DNA of 64,000 bases from contig DF237173.1 of the NCBI GenBank assembly GCA_000708835.1, forward strand, positions 25,438 to 89,437, read 5' to 3'. This document shows, piece after piece, positions 14,052 to 26,800 of this stretch (the stretch's first letter is position 1; each line of letters starts with the position of its first letter). Both the position numbers and the translations under genes were made by a program. Under the pieces are notes generated by a model that worked only from the letters and a program-made list of their open reading frames with translations, made no database searches and was not told the origin of the DNA. Source of the DNA: Klebsormidium nitens (Eukaryota; Plantae; Klebsormidiophyceae).

Positions 14052-15998
14052 ATGTCACCAGAACTTAACTTGCACCACCAGCAGAAGCATAAGTGGCAAC
14101 AAGTGGCGGGGGTCCCCGGGCTTTGGTTGTGTCCCAATTTTCTAAGGGGCGATCGACAAGAGAAGCTCCTGAAGGACATCTTAGCAGGTACAATTGCTAA
14201 ACAGGAGCTCTATATCTGTGATGTGAATAGAAGCTGCTGGGGCCAATCTGCGAATGACTTGCCAACGTGCGCATGGATTAAAGCACCACCTTCCACATTA
14301 CAAGAGTCCATTGATGCTAAGCCCATGGCCAGATTGAAGGAACTGTTTGTTTGTTGTCAAAAGAAGTTTCACTTTGACATTGAGGTGGTCTGCAGTGGAT
14401 TCTGACTTTTTCTTGTGAGCAACTTGAAGGCCATAGTTCAAATGAGATTCATGATGCCTTGGCACCAGATGACATCTGCCTTGGATTAACATCGTAATGT
14501 GTCTGTGAAATTGGTGCAGAGGGCTGGTTTGAAACGCCGGTCCACAATCAAGTGAGTAAAAATCTGGAAGTGAAACCAAGCCGCGTGTCAAGGAACAGAA
14601 CTTTCAGGGACATCACAATCATCAATGATCATCTTCTGATACTGTTTCTTTCACTTACTCCACCACTTTCTCATCACGCCGTCGCATCCTTCATTGTCAG
14701 ATCAAACCACTAGAAACCCAGGGAGCAGGAATCTTTTAGGTCAAGAATCTATGGTCTGCTCTCATGTAACGTCCTAGTGTGCTGGACCTCCTCCCTGCTT
14801 GTCAGGCGATGCGCTTTGGTGACCTCCCTGCCTGGGCGGAAGCCCTTAGCAAAGACATCCACCAGTCCGTAATACACTTCGCTGGGTCTTTGGATATCGA
14901 CACCCCAGACTCCGAGACTCCGCTCACTCCCCCTCTTCTCTGGCGGGAACCGCTCTTTGACCAGATGATCGTCAACAGTTACCAGCCTGGGGAGGTGAGT
15001 CTGCGTCCAGCCATTGAGCTCTTGATTTTGGGCCGTTTATTCTGTGTTCGAGACCACTCCGACTTTCTGGCATCCGAAGTCCTAAGTTTTTCTGCTTTTG
15101 AAATGAGACCAAGCTCGGACTGTTCGCAATGACAAGGACCTTCAGGTGACCTGAAAGTGGCCCTTAGTTTGCACTATGTTTTAAAATCACCTGAGATCGT
15201 TACCCCCGTTCATCGACCGGGAAAGCGAGGCTCTGAGCATTTCCTGTCACAACTTTTCCTTCTTAGGAGAGATCTGGAACCTCTCGTCTGCAGGGCATCT
15301 CATCGCATGTCGACCTCGCCCGTTTTGAGGACGGGATTGCCATCGTCTCGCTCGGTCGGGAAGAGGTGATGGAGTTCCACCCCGTGCGCGCTGAACAAGA
15401 CTCAGCGAAGTCAGGGCTCAAGCAAGCTAGCGAAGCGGAGTCCTCTGCCACGAGGCAAAGCAAGCGCGTAAAGTATTGTAGGGAGTCGGAGACGGAGTCC
15501 AGGGCAGACGAAGCTCGTCGAGATAGTGCCGAGCTTTTTCACACCGGCTGCAATCAGAGACGCGGGAGTGAACCGTTTGTCGGTCGGAGTGTAAGTCCAA
15601 GCACAGGACAAAATGGCACCACAGATGTGGACGGTGAGCTAAGCAACAAGGCAGGTTGCTTGCACAGACAACGTAGCGCAGAAGGTCATAAAGCGCCGAT
15701 TCGGGTGAGCGACAGTGAAGCAACCATCGCTGAAAGGGGCCAGTCCGAAAGTCACGACAACGGCCAAATTTCACCGAGTATAGCTGAAGCCACTGAGATG
15801 CATAAGTTATCTGGCAGATCTAATGATGGAGTACAGAGGCTGGTGCTCTCTCCAGGAAGTCTGCTGCTAATGTCAGGCGAAGCTCGATACAACTGGAAGC
15901 ACGGCATTCCAGGTCGTACAGAGATCGACAAGACCTTGCAAACATCGGACAAGGTGCGCATAAGCGTGACTCTGAGACGGCTGTGTCAGACGAGCTAG
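14052..15998 (+). CDS. AlkB-family 2OG-Fe(II) dioxygenase; 5' end uncertain (may start near 13730)
   Basis: Exons VPGLWLCPNFL, EGWFETPVHNQ|AMRFGDLPAW...EPLFDQMIVNSYQPGE|GISSHVD (HxD), then PGSLLLMSGEARYNWKHGI (distal His) and RISVTLR (RxSxTxR 2OG-binding motif). Confidence 0.87.
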
Positions 15999-16989
15999 GC
16001 GTACGCAACGTGTTGATCCTGCACTTTGAATCTGTCATGCATTTGCGCTTCTTCCATGACCTCAATGTCGATGTGCATGTTGGCAACGCATGCAATGCTC
16101 GGGTCGATCCGTCAATTTTAGCTATCATGTGGCACTGACAACTCAATCAATATGCGGTCTGGCCGCGATCATGTTCGTCTAGCTGCAGCTAGCCTCCGAT
16201 CGACCCATGGTTCACTAAGAAATATATATAGATTCAAGAGGTTGGTCTGCATGATCCGAGGAGATTCCTAGCTAAGTACGATAAGTCATGGACGTGTGCA
16301 CTGCAGCGTATTTAAAGTACGCACTGCCTGGGCGCTGGCACGTTTGTTCAAATTAGTTTTGCAGATTAATACCAATCAATGCAGTGCTTTGAATCATGCA
16401 TAACATAGGCCTTTTTGCGACCCATGGCATATGTCCAATTGCCATGGGTCATTGGCCCGGCGTGCGCACGTGCACATGCCGGCGTTGAACATTTCATAGC
16501 TGTAGCTTGGATCAAGTTATATCACAAACCGCGGCACGCACCGCGTATGTGGCTCATGGGTCATAGCTGCATCACAAAAGATCTGCATCATGCCATGCAC
16601 CATGATTGATATTATTATTAAACACAAAACAGAGAACTATCTATCAAGAAAGTACACAGGGCTGCACGCATGATTCTGTGAACAACCAAGTAGATACACA
16701 CCTGTCTTTGGATCACGTGCTCTTGCCCCTTGGCAACAAAAAGCGTGCGTTCATTGTGCCGCCCAATTCGGGGATTCGCTTCCCTTTCTAGAAACCTTGT
16801 CTAACACGAGCATACCTCGATCAACCCGATCCAACCCAAGTCCCCTGGTGCAAGTTTTCAGTCTCCAACTCCATTCTACAACGGAAGTCTTGCTGGTTTC
16901 GTCCCCTCTCAAGCCAACAAGAGGGGCCCATGTGTTCGACAAACGCATCATGAGTCTCGACAACAACGTTCCGATCAGATTTGGCCGCT

Positions 16990-19900
16990 TTAAGAAGCGG
17001 CCGCTCTCCGGAGACGAGCTCCAAAAGCCCCGTCGATGCCGTCTCGGAAGGGCAACGTCGCATAGAAGCCCCTTGCTGTGACGGCTTGAATCGGTACATA
17101 AGGTGTTGCCGACTCAATTGAAAACTCCTGCGCGATCGAACGGGACTGTCAGACTCAAACTCCGGACTCGACAATCTGCAATAGAAACCCAGTAAGAGTG
17201 GACACAGTAACACTCATGTGCCTAGCAGAACTTTGCAATGTTAACGCGTTTCGAGATTGACGCGATGCGCTTTAGGCGCTTACATACAGAGCAGACTAGT
17301 ATTCCCTGTCTTTCCGCTTCTTAGCTTCTCGAAAGCCGGAAGTTTCCCTTACTCTTGCTTTGTAGCAGGCAGCAAGCAGGCAGCAGACCCCAGCCCGCCC
17401 ATGAGACTAGACTTGTGGCTGTTATAGTGGGTACCCATTTTCGGCAAGTCGGTTAGGCTGCTATAACGAAGCCACGTGAACAGGCCATTTTGCACAGCTT
17501 TTGCGTATGTCCACCATTTCTATTGATTCTTTTTGCTTGCAAGACCTCAGAACAGCTGAAAAGAAGGTCTTGTGAGCTTTGGAACCACCACTTTAGAGCA
17601 TAAAGTGGAGGAAGAGCGGGAACAAAGCCGCCATGGTTGCGCAGCTAAACAATAGCCGTTCGATCGTCCAGCTGGCAGGCTTACCTTCCATCGCCGGAGC
17701 TCAAAAGTTGGGACTTGTCAAAGTTAGGTACCCGGTATAACAGCCACGAGAGAAACGACGATGCTGAGGATATCAAAAGCCAAGAGGATCAAGAAGACCC
17801 ATCACACATGTATGTTTGTGGAGGGAAAACTCTCACGAGACGGAAAAGCAAGAAGAAAGGAAATGGAGACGCCTTGTGTTGGTGTCTTACAAACAGCTGC
17901 CTCAAGCTCCCGCTGACGCCTGTCAATTGTCAAAATAACGAGATTGCAGAGCAGCATTCACCTGGTGTCGCTCCAGAAAGACCTCCACCATGAGTGCACG
18001 TTCACCAAAAAGGTGCCACGAAAGCACACAATCAAGAAGAATCGACACCTCAGAAAAGCTGAACAAAGCTCACCGGGTGTCTCTCCAGGAAGGCCTCCAC
18101 TTGCATCTCGTTCTCCTCGGGCTCGACGGAGCAGGTGGAGTAGACGAGCAGGCCGCCCGGCTTGACGAACGCGACCGCCGCGTCCAGCAGCTCCGCCTGC
18201 AACTTCACCAGCTCCTCCAGGTTGGCCTGGCTCTTGCGCCACCGCAGGTCCGCACGCTGCGGGGAGAACATCAGAAGAACAATCAGTCAAAGAGACGGAA
18301 GCATTATGCACGTGCGCTGAAAGGTTGCCCAGCTCGTCCAGGTGCGCCTGGCTCTTGCGCCACTGCAAATCCGCACGCTGCGACGGACCGCGATAGAGCC
18401 ACGTCAGCCCTTTCAACAGCATCCCCGGCCCCCGTCCCAAACTTACTGATTCTCCTTGACCCCGCTCAGGCAGGATGGTCAGTGGTGATATTGTGATATT
18501 GGCGACTAAGATTTGGAACTTTTGAACTCACCCGTGCGACGACCCCCAGGCCTGTGCATGGCGCATCCACCAGAACCTTGTCCGCAAGCCGCGGCCGGTT
18601 GCGCTGCAGAAAGGAAGCAAGACACGTTCGTTATTTCATCACAGCAGCTTATTGAAAATTTGAGTTCAGCAGATCACGGTAGTGGCTTGAAAGACTGGCA
18701 GCTTCGACAAGGAGCGCTGTATCGTTACTTGTGTACTCTTCCAGAACCAGGTATTCTCCGACTTTATTAAACAACGTATTCAAAAAATGGCTATGCTCCA
18801 GAAAATTAAGGGAAAGGGTTCTCTCGACTTCCAATCAGTGGTACCCGCAGCCAGGGCTATTTTTTTGCACACTGCAGCATCTTCGGACGGCCGTCGACGA
18901 ACGGCGACTTCTCTACATCAGCACAAGCCCTCAAGCACTGCATCCAACCAGCCTGGCGCACACTAGATATTCTTTTCTGGCGGTATTCACTGCATCAAAG
19001 CCCTCCCTTGGTACGACTACCCACTGCTAGAACGACGAACTAGTCGGCCGGTGTCGCCGCTATGACAATGAATGTCTCTGCAGGGACAGCTACTGGAGCG
19101 CAGAAGTGTCTGCACGAAGTCCGCTGTTTCCCAGTGCACTTTCTGAGCCCAAATCCGATTGGTACCGAAAGGGGCTTACCGCGAGGTAGCGGAGGTCCCC
19201 GGCCCCCGTCTCGATCACGTTGTCGAGTCCCATCTTCTTCGAAACCTCCGTCAGCTTCTGTAACCGCGCCGCATGGATGTCGAGCGCCAAAACGGACCCT
19301 GCACGGATTTAACGTGAATCTGCTTGTCTGCCCGCCTGATATTGCCACGTGTTGTTTTCTTAATGCCAGTGGCATACCTCCCTGCACATCAATTACGACC
19401 TGCAGTCGCCCTATTCATGGGCACCACACAAGCGGTCCCGTCTTCGGCCAAGCCGACCATACTTACCAACCGTTCTGCAGGCGAAGCTAAACCTTATAAA
19501 GCCCCAAGAGCCTAGCTGCGGATCGACGTCTTTGAACGCCTCACCTTCTCCATTCAGCCTTTCCGCGGCATTGAACGTCTTCCCCCCCGGTGCAGCACAC
19601 GTGTCGATGATGAAGTCCCCTGGCGTCGGGTCGAGCAAGTTGACGACCAGACCTGTAGAGAAGGGCTCAGTATTTTATGCGACTTGCAGCTTTCCAGTTG
19701 GTTCCGAAGGGCCGAGTTAAAATTTACCCTTCAAGGGTCGATGCAACGAGTCGTTGGTAAGCTGCCTGTGCAAAGGGCGGTCTACCAATTCCTGACACTC
19801 GTCCTCGTCGACTTGCGAAACGGGCACAACTGGCACAGATACGATTCACCGCCAGTGTTCTTGTCGTAACCTCGCCCACGCTGCCGAGCTCTTGCTCTTT

Positions 19901-22900
19901 GAATTGCACAAAAATCTTCCAAAACGGACCAGCAACGCCAGCCCACGCGGCCTCAGACCCACCTCGCATGGCCCCAGCCTCGAGAGAAGGCCCATGCTCG
20001 AAAATAGTGTACGAGTTGAAACACAAGGCCAGCAAATGATATGTTTAAAACGAAAGGTCCGTCGGCTCACCGGCACTCTCATCCTGAACCGAGCAGAGGC
20101 CTTCGTCCAGCAACTCGCGGATAGCCTGTACGGAAATGGGAAACGCCATGAGGAGCAGCTGAGCAGTAACGGGCAGGAATTTGCACCCTTCGTCCACTTA
20201 CCAGGTTGGCAGCGTCCAACAGATTTAGGCACCTTCCTAACTACTTCGACAGAATATACACATATACAGTGACCGAGTGCATCTTGGTCCTTTCTACCGT
20301 ATGCGCACAGGGCTCGGTGATGGCCAACGAGACACGTGACGGCTAGGAAGAAAGTAGCGTGTGCTGGGGTTGAAAGTACGTCTCACCTGCATCCCGTTCT
20401 GTACTCGCAGGACGTTGGGAAGGTAGGGCGATTCAACATACTCCACCTGCAGAAGACAGCAGCATAACTGACTCACCGACCAGACATGGCCTCACGCCTT
20501 TCCAAGCGGAGATGGACGAACTGTTAATAGGCTGTACATGGCAGTGCAAGCAATCGGGAAGAGAGTAGGAATACCCATAAGAGAGCCTTCTCCCGGGAGC
20601 ATTCGGAGGGATTGCCAGCCGTAGAGAAAAGTAGAACACTTCTGGAAGCGACATATAAGGAAGTGAACCTTAGCTCGCTCCAGCCATAACACGCAACCAG
20701 GACTGCATGAAGCATAAGAAAAGAAGGCAAATTTGGTTGATTGGAAGTAGAAGACCAAGACTTGTTCCAGTACAAATGGCAAAACATCACACCTTCTTAT
20801 TTGCCTTAGCGAGCTTCTCTAGCTCCTCTTTGAAACCGTCGAGTGTGGTGCCCCTCGCAACACTTGGCCTGCAAACATACATATATTTTGGTCAGCAGCT
20901 GCCAAGAATTGCAAAGAATCTCGGCATGAGGGAATGACAACCAAAATACTAGCCACGTGGTACATATCTAGCGCACAGAGAATCAGCACGTTCATTCTGT
21001 TTGCCAGCACGCCAATCTAGCTGAGTTGAAGGACGTGCAAGCTTGGGATCAAAATTCGTTCGAGCGCTGCAGCCCTTATTGGCGGTGAACGATGCGCCAG
21101 CTCATAAAACCTGTTGATCAGAGGCGTCAAGCGGAGGTGGGCGAGCGCTCAGTGGTGCAAGTAAGGGGGAGACAACACATTCATAGATTAGTGAAAGCGC
21201 TTCGACCAAGGCTCACCTCACACCAAAGGCGGGGACCGCATTATTCCACTTCAGAAACTGGATGGCGTGCTCCTCCCCATACCTCTCAAGCCACCTTTCT
21301 ACGATCCACTGGAACAGACACAAACGCATCGTTCAAACGGCAACGCATAATTGATTGTTGCAAGTTTGACCAGAGACATCTTTCAAGAACGAGCAGAGCC
21401 AATAGACGAATTGACGGCCCCATATCCGTCCCACTCCTCGGATGTGCCTGTCCCCCAATCACCAATGGAAAGTCTGATGGCGTAAAACCAGACGACTGAT
21501 AGACTCCTACTTATCCGCACTTCACGAAACAGGATCACCAGCCAAACAATGTCGACAACATCACTATTATTCCAAGACATGCTCACCGTTGGCTGCGAGT
21601 GCATGATCCCGAGCACATCCGCGTTTGTGACCTTCCCCCCGGCCTTAGGTTCCGGCAGCGTCCCCGCCTCCTTCATCTGTGTCACTTGCCTGAGGACATA
21701 ATTCACAAACTTGGCCGCGTTGTCTCCACCTCCCTTGATGTACTTAGTCAGCTGAACCATCTCGTTGACCACATGAGAAGGCTGCCCCAGTTTCAGCACC
21801 TCGCAGGCCCCAAGCCTGAGGAGTTGCTTCATTGCGCCCTTGACCTTCTGCTTCTTGCCCTCCCGCTCAAAGACACTTTCAATGACAAAGTCCAAGTAGC
21901 GCCGCCACTTGGTGGTTGACGAGACAAGCTCGGTGACCTGGCGCAGGTCGGCCTTAGAGAGTGGTTCAATCTTAAGCCCCAGCGACTTCTCAACGACGCG
22001 CAGGCTGACTTGCTGGCCATTGCGGTCCAGCAGGCTTGCGTAGGCGGCGTCGTTCTCAATGCGCAGCAGGTGCAAGAGTGCAACTGGAAAAAGAGAATGA
22101 GAGGTATGCTTGAATAGCTACCCCTAAATCCTACTAACCATCCACTGGGACAGCGGAAGGCTTTTGCTGATAAAAAGTAGATATGCTTGAGGCGTGAGCT
22201 TATGCTTGGGTGATCAGAAGGAAGGCAACACTTCAACCGTTACCAATAGAAAGCAAGGAGGTTAGCAGAATGCACGGAAAACCTGAGCCTATGTAGTCAA
22301 CAAAGCATACGTACTGGCTCCACTCGATATAGGGCCATAGGGCCCAATACCATACAGGAATGAGTTCTGACACCAATGCATCGAAGTTGTGGTTGTCAAG
22401 CTCCAGCAGTGGAATGGCCACATTCACGGAGATGCGACTTACATTCTCCTCATTCTTTCTGTTCAAAGCAGGCATAGATACAAAGGACGAAGGACACAGA
22501 GCACATCTGCTTTAGCAAGAGACAGCACCTCACGACCACCCTGCATCAAAGAGATTCACCTCCAGCCACACTGCCTCACATTCATTTTCTCACATTGTGA
22601 GCCACATTCTCAATACTCACCGGCTCTCTTCGTGGACACCTTCAATCTTTTTGCATCTTGCGCATACACACGCTTCTTCTGACCACCCTGCTTTGCGTCC
22701 ACAGGCTCTGACTCCGCCTGATCATCAACCCTGGATGTCGCAACCCCCTCAGGAAGCTCCTCTGTATCCACTATACCTGCTCCGCCGGTTAATCTACCGT
22801 CCGCAGGATTAGACTTTCGGGGTCTTCCTCTCTGTCTTTTTGATGCAGGGTTTGCCTCTGCCTCAGCAGACGCAGCTCCCTCCACAGAAGCAGCATTCTG

Positions 22901-23236
22901 TGCTCCAGTCTCAGCCCCCTCTTTCTTGGCCTGCCGCCTCCGTCTGACAGGCTTTGTGTCTGGGGTCGCCAGAACGGGCTCTTCTGATGTCGATACATCC
23001 TTTTCAATTGCTTCCGTGGTGTCCGTCACTGCAGAAGCAAGAATGGATCGACTGGCACAGCGCTTGGCCAACTCCTTTGAAAAAGACCATCTACTTTGCG
23101 AATGTGGTAGCAGAGGGCAACTTTTGGTAAACCCAAGCCTGCGGAAATTCTGCAGGGCATCACCTTCGTGGAGAGGTTTCTGACACGCCCATCTGCTGCA
23201 ACAGGCAGACAAGGAGGGGGCTATGACCGACGTCAT
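16990..23236 (-). CDS. rsmB: NusB-domain + RsmB/Sun (NOL1/NOP2/Fmu) rRNA m5C methyltransferase, probably organelle-targeted
   Basis: NusB-like exon (ELVSSTTKWRRYLDFVI, LLRLGACEVL, VVNEMVQL, AKFVNYVLR); SAM motif DTCAAPGGKT; VLALDIH; DKVLVDAPCTGLG (motif IV Cys); VKPGGLLVYSTCSVEPEENE (motif VI); terminal LPFRDGIDGAFGARL...*. The long Ser/Ala-rich N-terminus resembles a transit peptide. Confidence 0.93.
17955..18000 (-). repeat. Degenerate intronic copy of the 3' end and donor of the same rsmB exon (112 bp downstream)
   Basis: GGTGGAGGTCTTTCTGGAGCGACACCAG|gtgaat (ends 17962) vs real AGTGGAGGCCTTCCTGGAGAGACACCCG|gtgagc (ends 18074). Confidence 0.85.
18325..18385 (-). repeat. Degenerate intronic copy of the acceptor and 5' part of an rsmB exon (121 bp upstream of the real acceptor)
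   Basis: cag|CGTGCGGATTTGCAGTGGCGCAAGAGCCAGGCGCACCTGGACGAGCTG (starts 18377) vs real cag|CGTGCGGACCTGCGGTGGCGCAAGAGCCAGGCCAACCTGGAGGAGCTG (starts 18256). Confidence 0.9.
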
Positions 23237-23845
23237 GCTTTCCTCCCCAGCGCCCTTGGTCGCTCAACTGCGGAGCTCCTTTCCAAATCCAATCAACACA
23301 TTCTGACGAGTGCGACCGCCATCCCCTGCATGCCAACTTCCTCTTTCAAATTTAATGCTGTTCAAAGCTCAAGCCTAAGGACTCAGGAGATTGGTGCCAG
23401 AAACTTCAACACCGCTAAACTTTCTGACGTGACAGCTAAGTTCTTGTTCCTGGACCCGCGATCGTGGATTCAATCTTGAAGGTGCAATTCAAACCGTCCG
23501 ATCAGAGCGTTCTGACACGGAGCCGGCGGGAGCAGGCTGGTTCGTGAACAGACTGCTGCCTGCAGACTGCAGGTCGATGTTTTGCAGGTGGCCCTGGTGG
23601 GCCGAAGATCTTGCAGGTAGACTCGCCAAAGGAAGATCAGGATCCATGGTGCGCCTTCAGGTTCCAGCGTCTCTTGCTTTGTGCTGTTCGTGATGCACCT
23701 CAAGAGACCCTGCACTCCACTTTTGTTCTCACAAGCTGCGGTTCCTGTGGGGAGCCAAACCAGGCCCTGCATTGGTGATGACGTGACAAACGCGGGAGAC
23801 AAAGCCCTCCCAAAGTGCTAGATCTGCCTCTCGCCCCAAGCAGGG
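23237..23845. promoter_or_regulatory. Inferred bidirectional promoter/5'UTR region between head-to-head rsmB-like and PUF genes (609 bp)
   Basis: Divergent start codons at 23236 (-) and 23846 (+). No specific cis-element was identified. Confidence 0.5.
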
Positions 23846-26800
23846 ATGGAGCCAGACGATGATGGCGAGTTTGAACAACTCTTGGGGGAGATTCCCAGGG
23901 CAACTTCTGCTCCACCACATCTGGAAGAGCTGCAGAAGGCGTATGGGGGCCAGCTGGACGATCCTCTCCTGCTCATGAGGCCTGATGAGAGTCCTGTCGT
24001 GAACCCCAACATCGACATCCGCTCTGACGAGCTGTACGACACCTTCTACCGCTCGTACTCTGGGACAAAGAAGCTGCCCCCGCCGTTACCCCTTGAGGAC
24101 GCGCGGCGAGGGGAGACCAGTGGCTTGTCTCCCAGGGGTCTGCAACCCCAGCTCTCCCCCTTCTACAGCGGCCTAGATCTGGACAGCCCTCGCTTTGTGA
24201 GGTCCCACTTGAGCCAGCATGGCGGGCCCTCCCCGCAGCACCTCCCGCAACATTATCACTCGCCGCACCATCCGCCGCCCTCCCATCACCAGAGGAGGCA
24301 CTCTCAGGAGCATCTAGACTCAGTACATGGCCATGGCCACCGACGGCACTCCTCCCAGGGGTTCCTTGACAGGGACCTCTCCCTCGTCTCATCCTTTGGG
24401 GGTTTGAGCATGGACGAGGGGGGGTCCAGCAGATCTGGGGGCGGCACCGGGGACTCCATCACGTCCGGGGGGGGTGCAAGCCCGGGAGACGATAGCCGAC
24501 TGAAGTTGCAGCAGTTGCGGCGCTCGTACGATGCAATGGACGGGGGTTATCAGGAGGGGTTTGCCAAGAACGGCGGCGGGGGGCTCAGTTCCTTCGGATC
24601 TGCGTCCTCGCTGGACGGTTACATCAGCAGGGCTTCCCTGGGGGGCTTGGACGGGCTAGGAAAGCGGGTTCCGGCTGCTGATCATGGTTTTTCGCAGCGC
24701 TCCGCGTCGGTGGAGAGCTTCCAGGGGGGCGGTTCTCTAGAGCAGCTCTTGCGCACCCGCAGCTCTCCTGTCTATGACAATGCGGGATACAGCCGCTCAG
24801 GAAAGGCGTCGTCTTCGTCCTTGGAAGGGTACCCTGGCTCAGGCAATCTGGACGCTTATGTCAGCAGGCTGAATGGAGCCGCAGATCTGTATGCCCCCCA
24901 GGTGCCGCCGGCTTATTTAAGCGAGTACGACGTGGCCGCGTTCTTACAAACGCAGCAGCAGATGCAGAAGGCGGTGCTTCAGACGCAGCGGCTGCAGCAG
25001 CAGATGGAGGAGGAGCGCTTACGTCACCGCTTACAGCAGCAGCAGTTGCTGTTGCAGCAGCAGGCGCTTGCGGCGGCGGCGGTCCAGCAGCAGCGCTTCC
25101 ACCAGAGCCAGATGGAGGCCGCCGCGGCGGCGGGGATGCCCTACGCCCGCAGCTACTCCCCCCCGCAGCGAATGCCGTCCCCGCTGCACACCCCCCCCCT
25201 GCACAAGGTGCGCAGCGGCGGCGGCGAGGCTGGCTGGAGCGGCCTCGAGCGCGCAGGCAGCATTTGCAAGTATTATTTGCAGGGGTACTGCAGCAGGGGG
25301 GACGGGTGCCCGTTCGTGCATGCCGAGCCAAAGAAGGAGCAACGGGGGGCGCCGGCGATGCCACATTCTCGGGAGGAGCCGCGATACCGGTACGGGGGGG
25401 AGAAGGGCATCCCGCGGCCGGCGAGCCGGGAGCGGTTGGTCGGGAATGGGAGCAACGGCCACCACCATCACGGCGGGGGGGAGCACCACCTGAAGGCCTC
25501 CCCTGCCGTGCACCCCCCCCTGGCGAAATACACGTCGCTCGCGGAGGTCGAGGGCAAGATCTACCAGATCGCCAAGGACCAGCACGGATGCCGCTTCCTG
25601 CAGAAGCAGTTTGACGAGGGGGGCCCGGGCGAGGTCGAGAAGATCTTCCGGGAGATCATTGTCCATGTGGTCGAGCTGATGACGGACCCGTTTGGCAACT
25701 ATCTGATCCAGAAGCTGCTCGAGTGCTGCAACCAGGAGCAGCGGCAGGCGGTGCTGGACCGGGTCATCGCGGCCAAGGAACTTGTGTCCATCTCGCTCAA
25801 TATGCACGGGTGAGCCGGCGGTGCATCCTACTGTCTCCTTCTGTTTTTTAATCTTAGCCTGCTCACTTTTTGCTGAGAAAACTGCGTTTGTGTGGTGGTA
25901 CTGCCGTGTCTCTGGAACCCCTGCTTGAGTGTACTCGGTTGCTCAAGCTGTTTGTTTCAGGCGCCCCATTGCAAAGCCTCCAACTTTCTAGTACCTCTGT
26001 AAGTAAGTTTCCTCCTTCTTATTCACATGTTAAGAACCTTCTCTCACTTTGAGGCGCCACTCTTTCGCACATTCGCCCTGCTTTTCGCAAGCAAGGGTCG
26101 GTTGTTTGGTACATCCTTGAAACTTTTTGTTGACGTGTTCTCGGGTCTGCATTGCTCTCGCTTTTCTGCCAACTTCTCAGCCACCGCAGAGTCTGCCAGC
26201 GCTTGTCAAACGTGACCCTTGTTATCGTGGCTACACTATTTTGGTGGTCGCATGGTCTCTGCTTGGATTGCACACTGGCTGTGCAAGCAGAGGAAAAGGT
26301 TTTCAGTCATGTCCTGAGGTTGGAAAGATCAAGACAGGTCTTATGAGCATTGCTCTCTACAGGTATCAAAGAGCTGTGAACTCCTGCATCAGTCTGGACA
26401 CTGGCTTTGTTCGGCCTATGTTGGCTGCATTTCTTCATCTGGCCTTGTACTCCTGCTCTACCCGCCTTGGAACGATGTACCATGGCACAAGCATGCTGAG
26501 TGGCCCAGGCAAACATATTCCTGTCCTGTTTTCATTGGCTTCACTGAACAAGGTCTTACCTTGACAGTATCGTGATGCAGAAATGCACATCTGCCAGGTC
26601 CTGCTCTGCTTGTGGCTGTACAATGGGGAATAACATGATAACGGATGAGGCTGCATATTGCTTATTCCATTGTTGATGACTCTGTGACCTTTTTCTGATC
26701 AGTGGCACTTTAAAGGCTCAGCCAGTCCCCATACATCTCAGGTCAGGATCTATCCTTATCCTGCTCTGACCCACATTTGGTTTACGCTGATTTGTTGTTA

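Noticed and set aside
25031-25807. 258-aa antisense ORF, and similarly 60923-61780 (285 aa) and other long opposite-strand ORFs
   Set aside because: These are shadow ORFs of GC-rich coding exons of the PUF and RMC1 genes, with no recognisable motifs.
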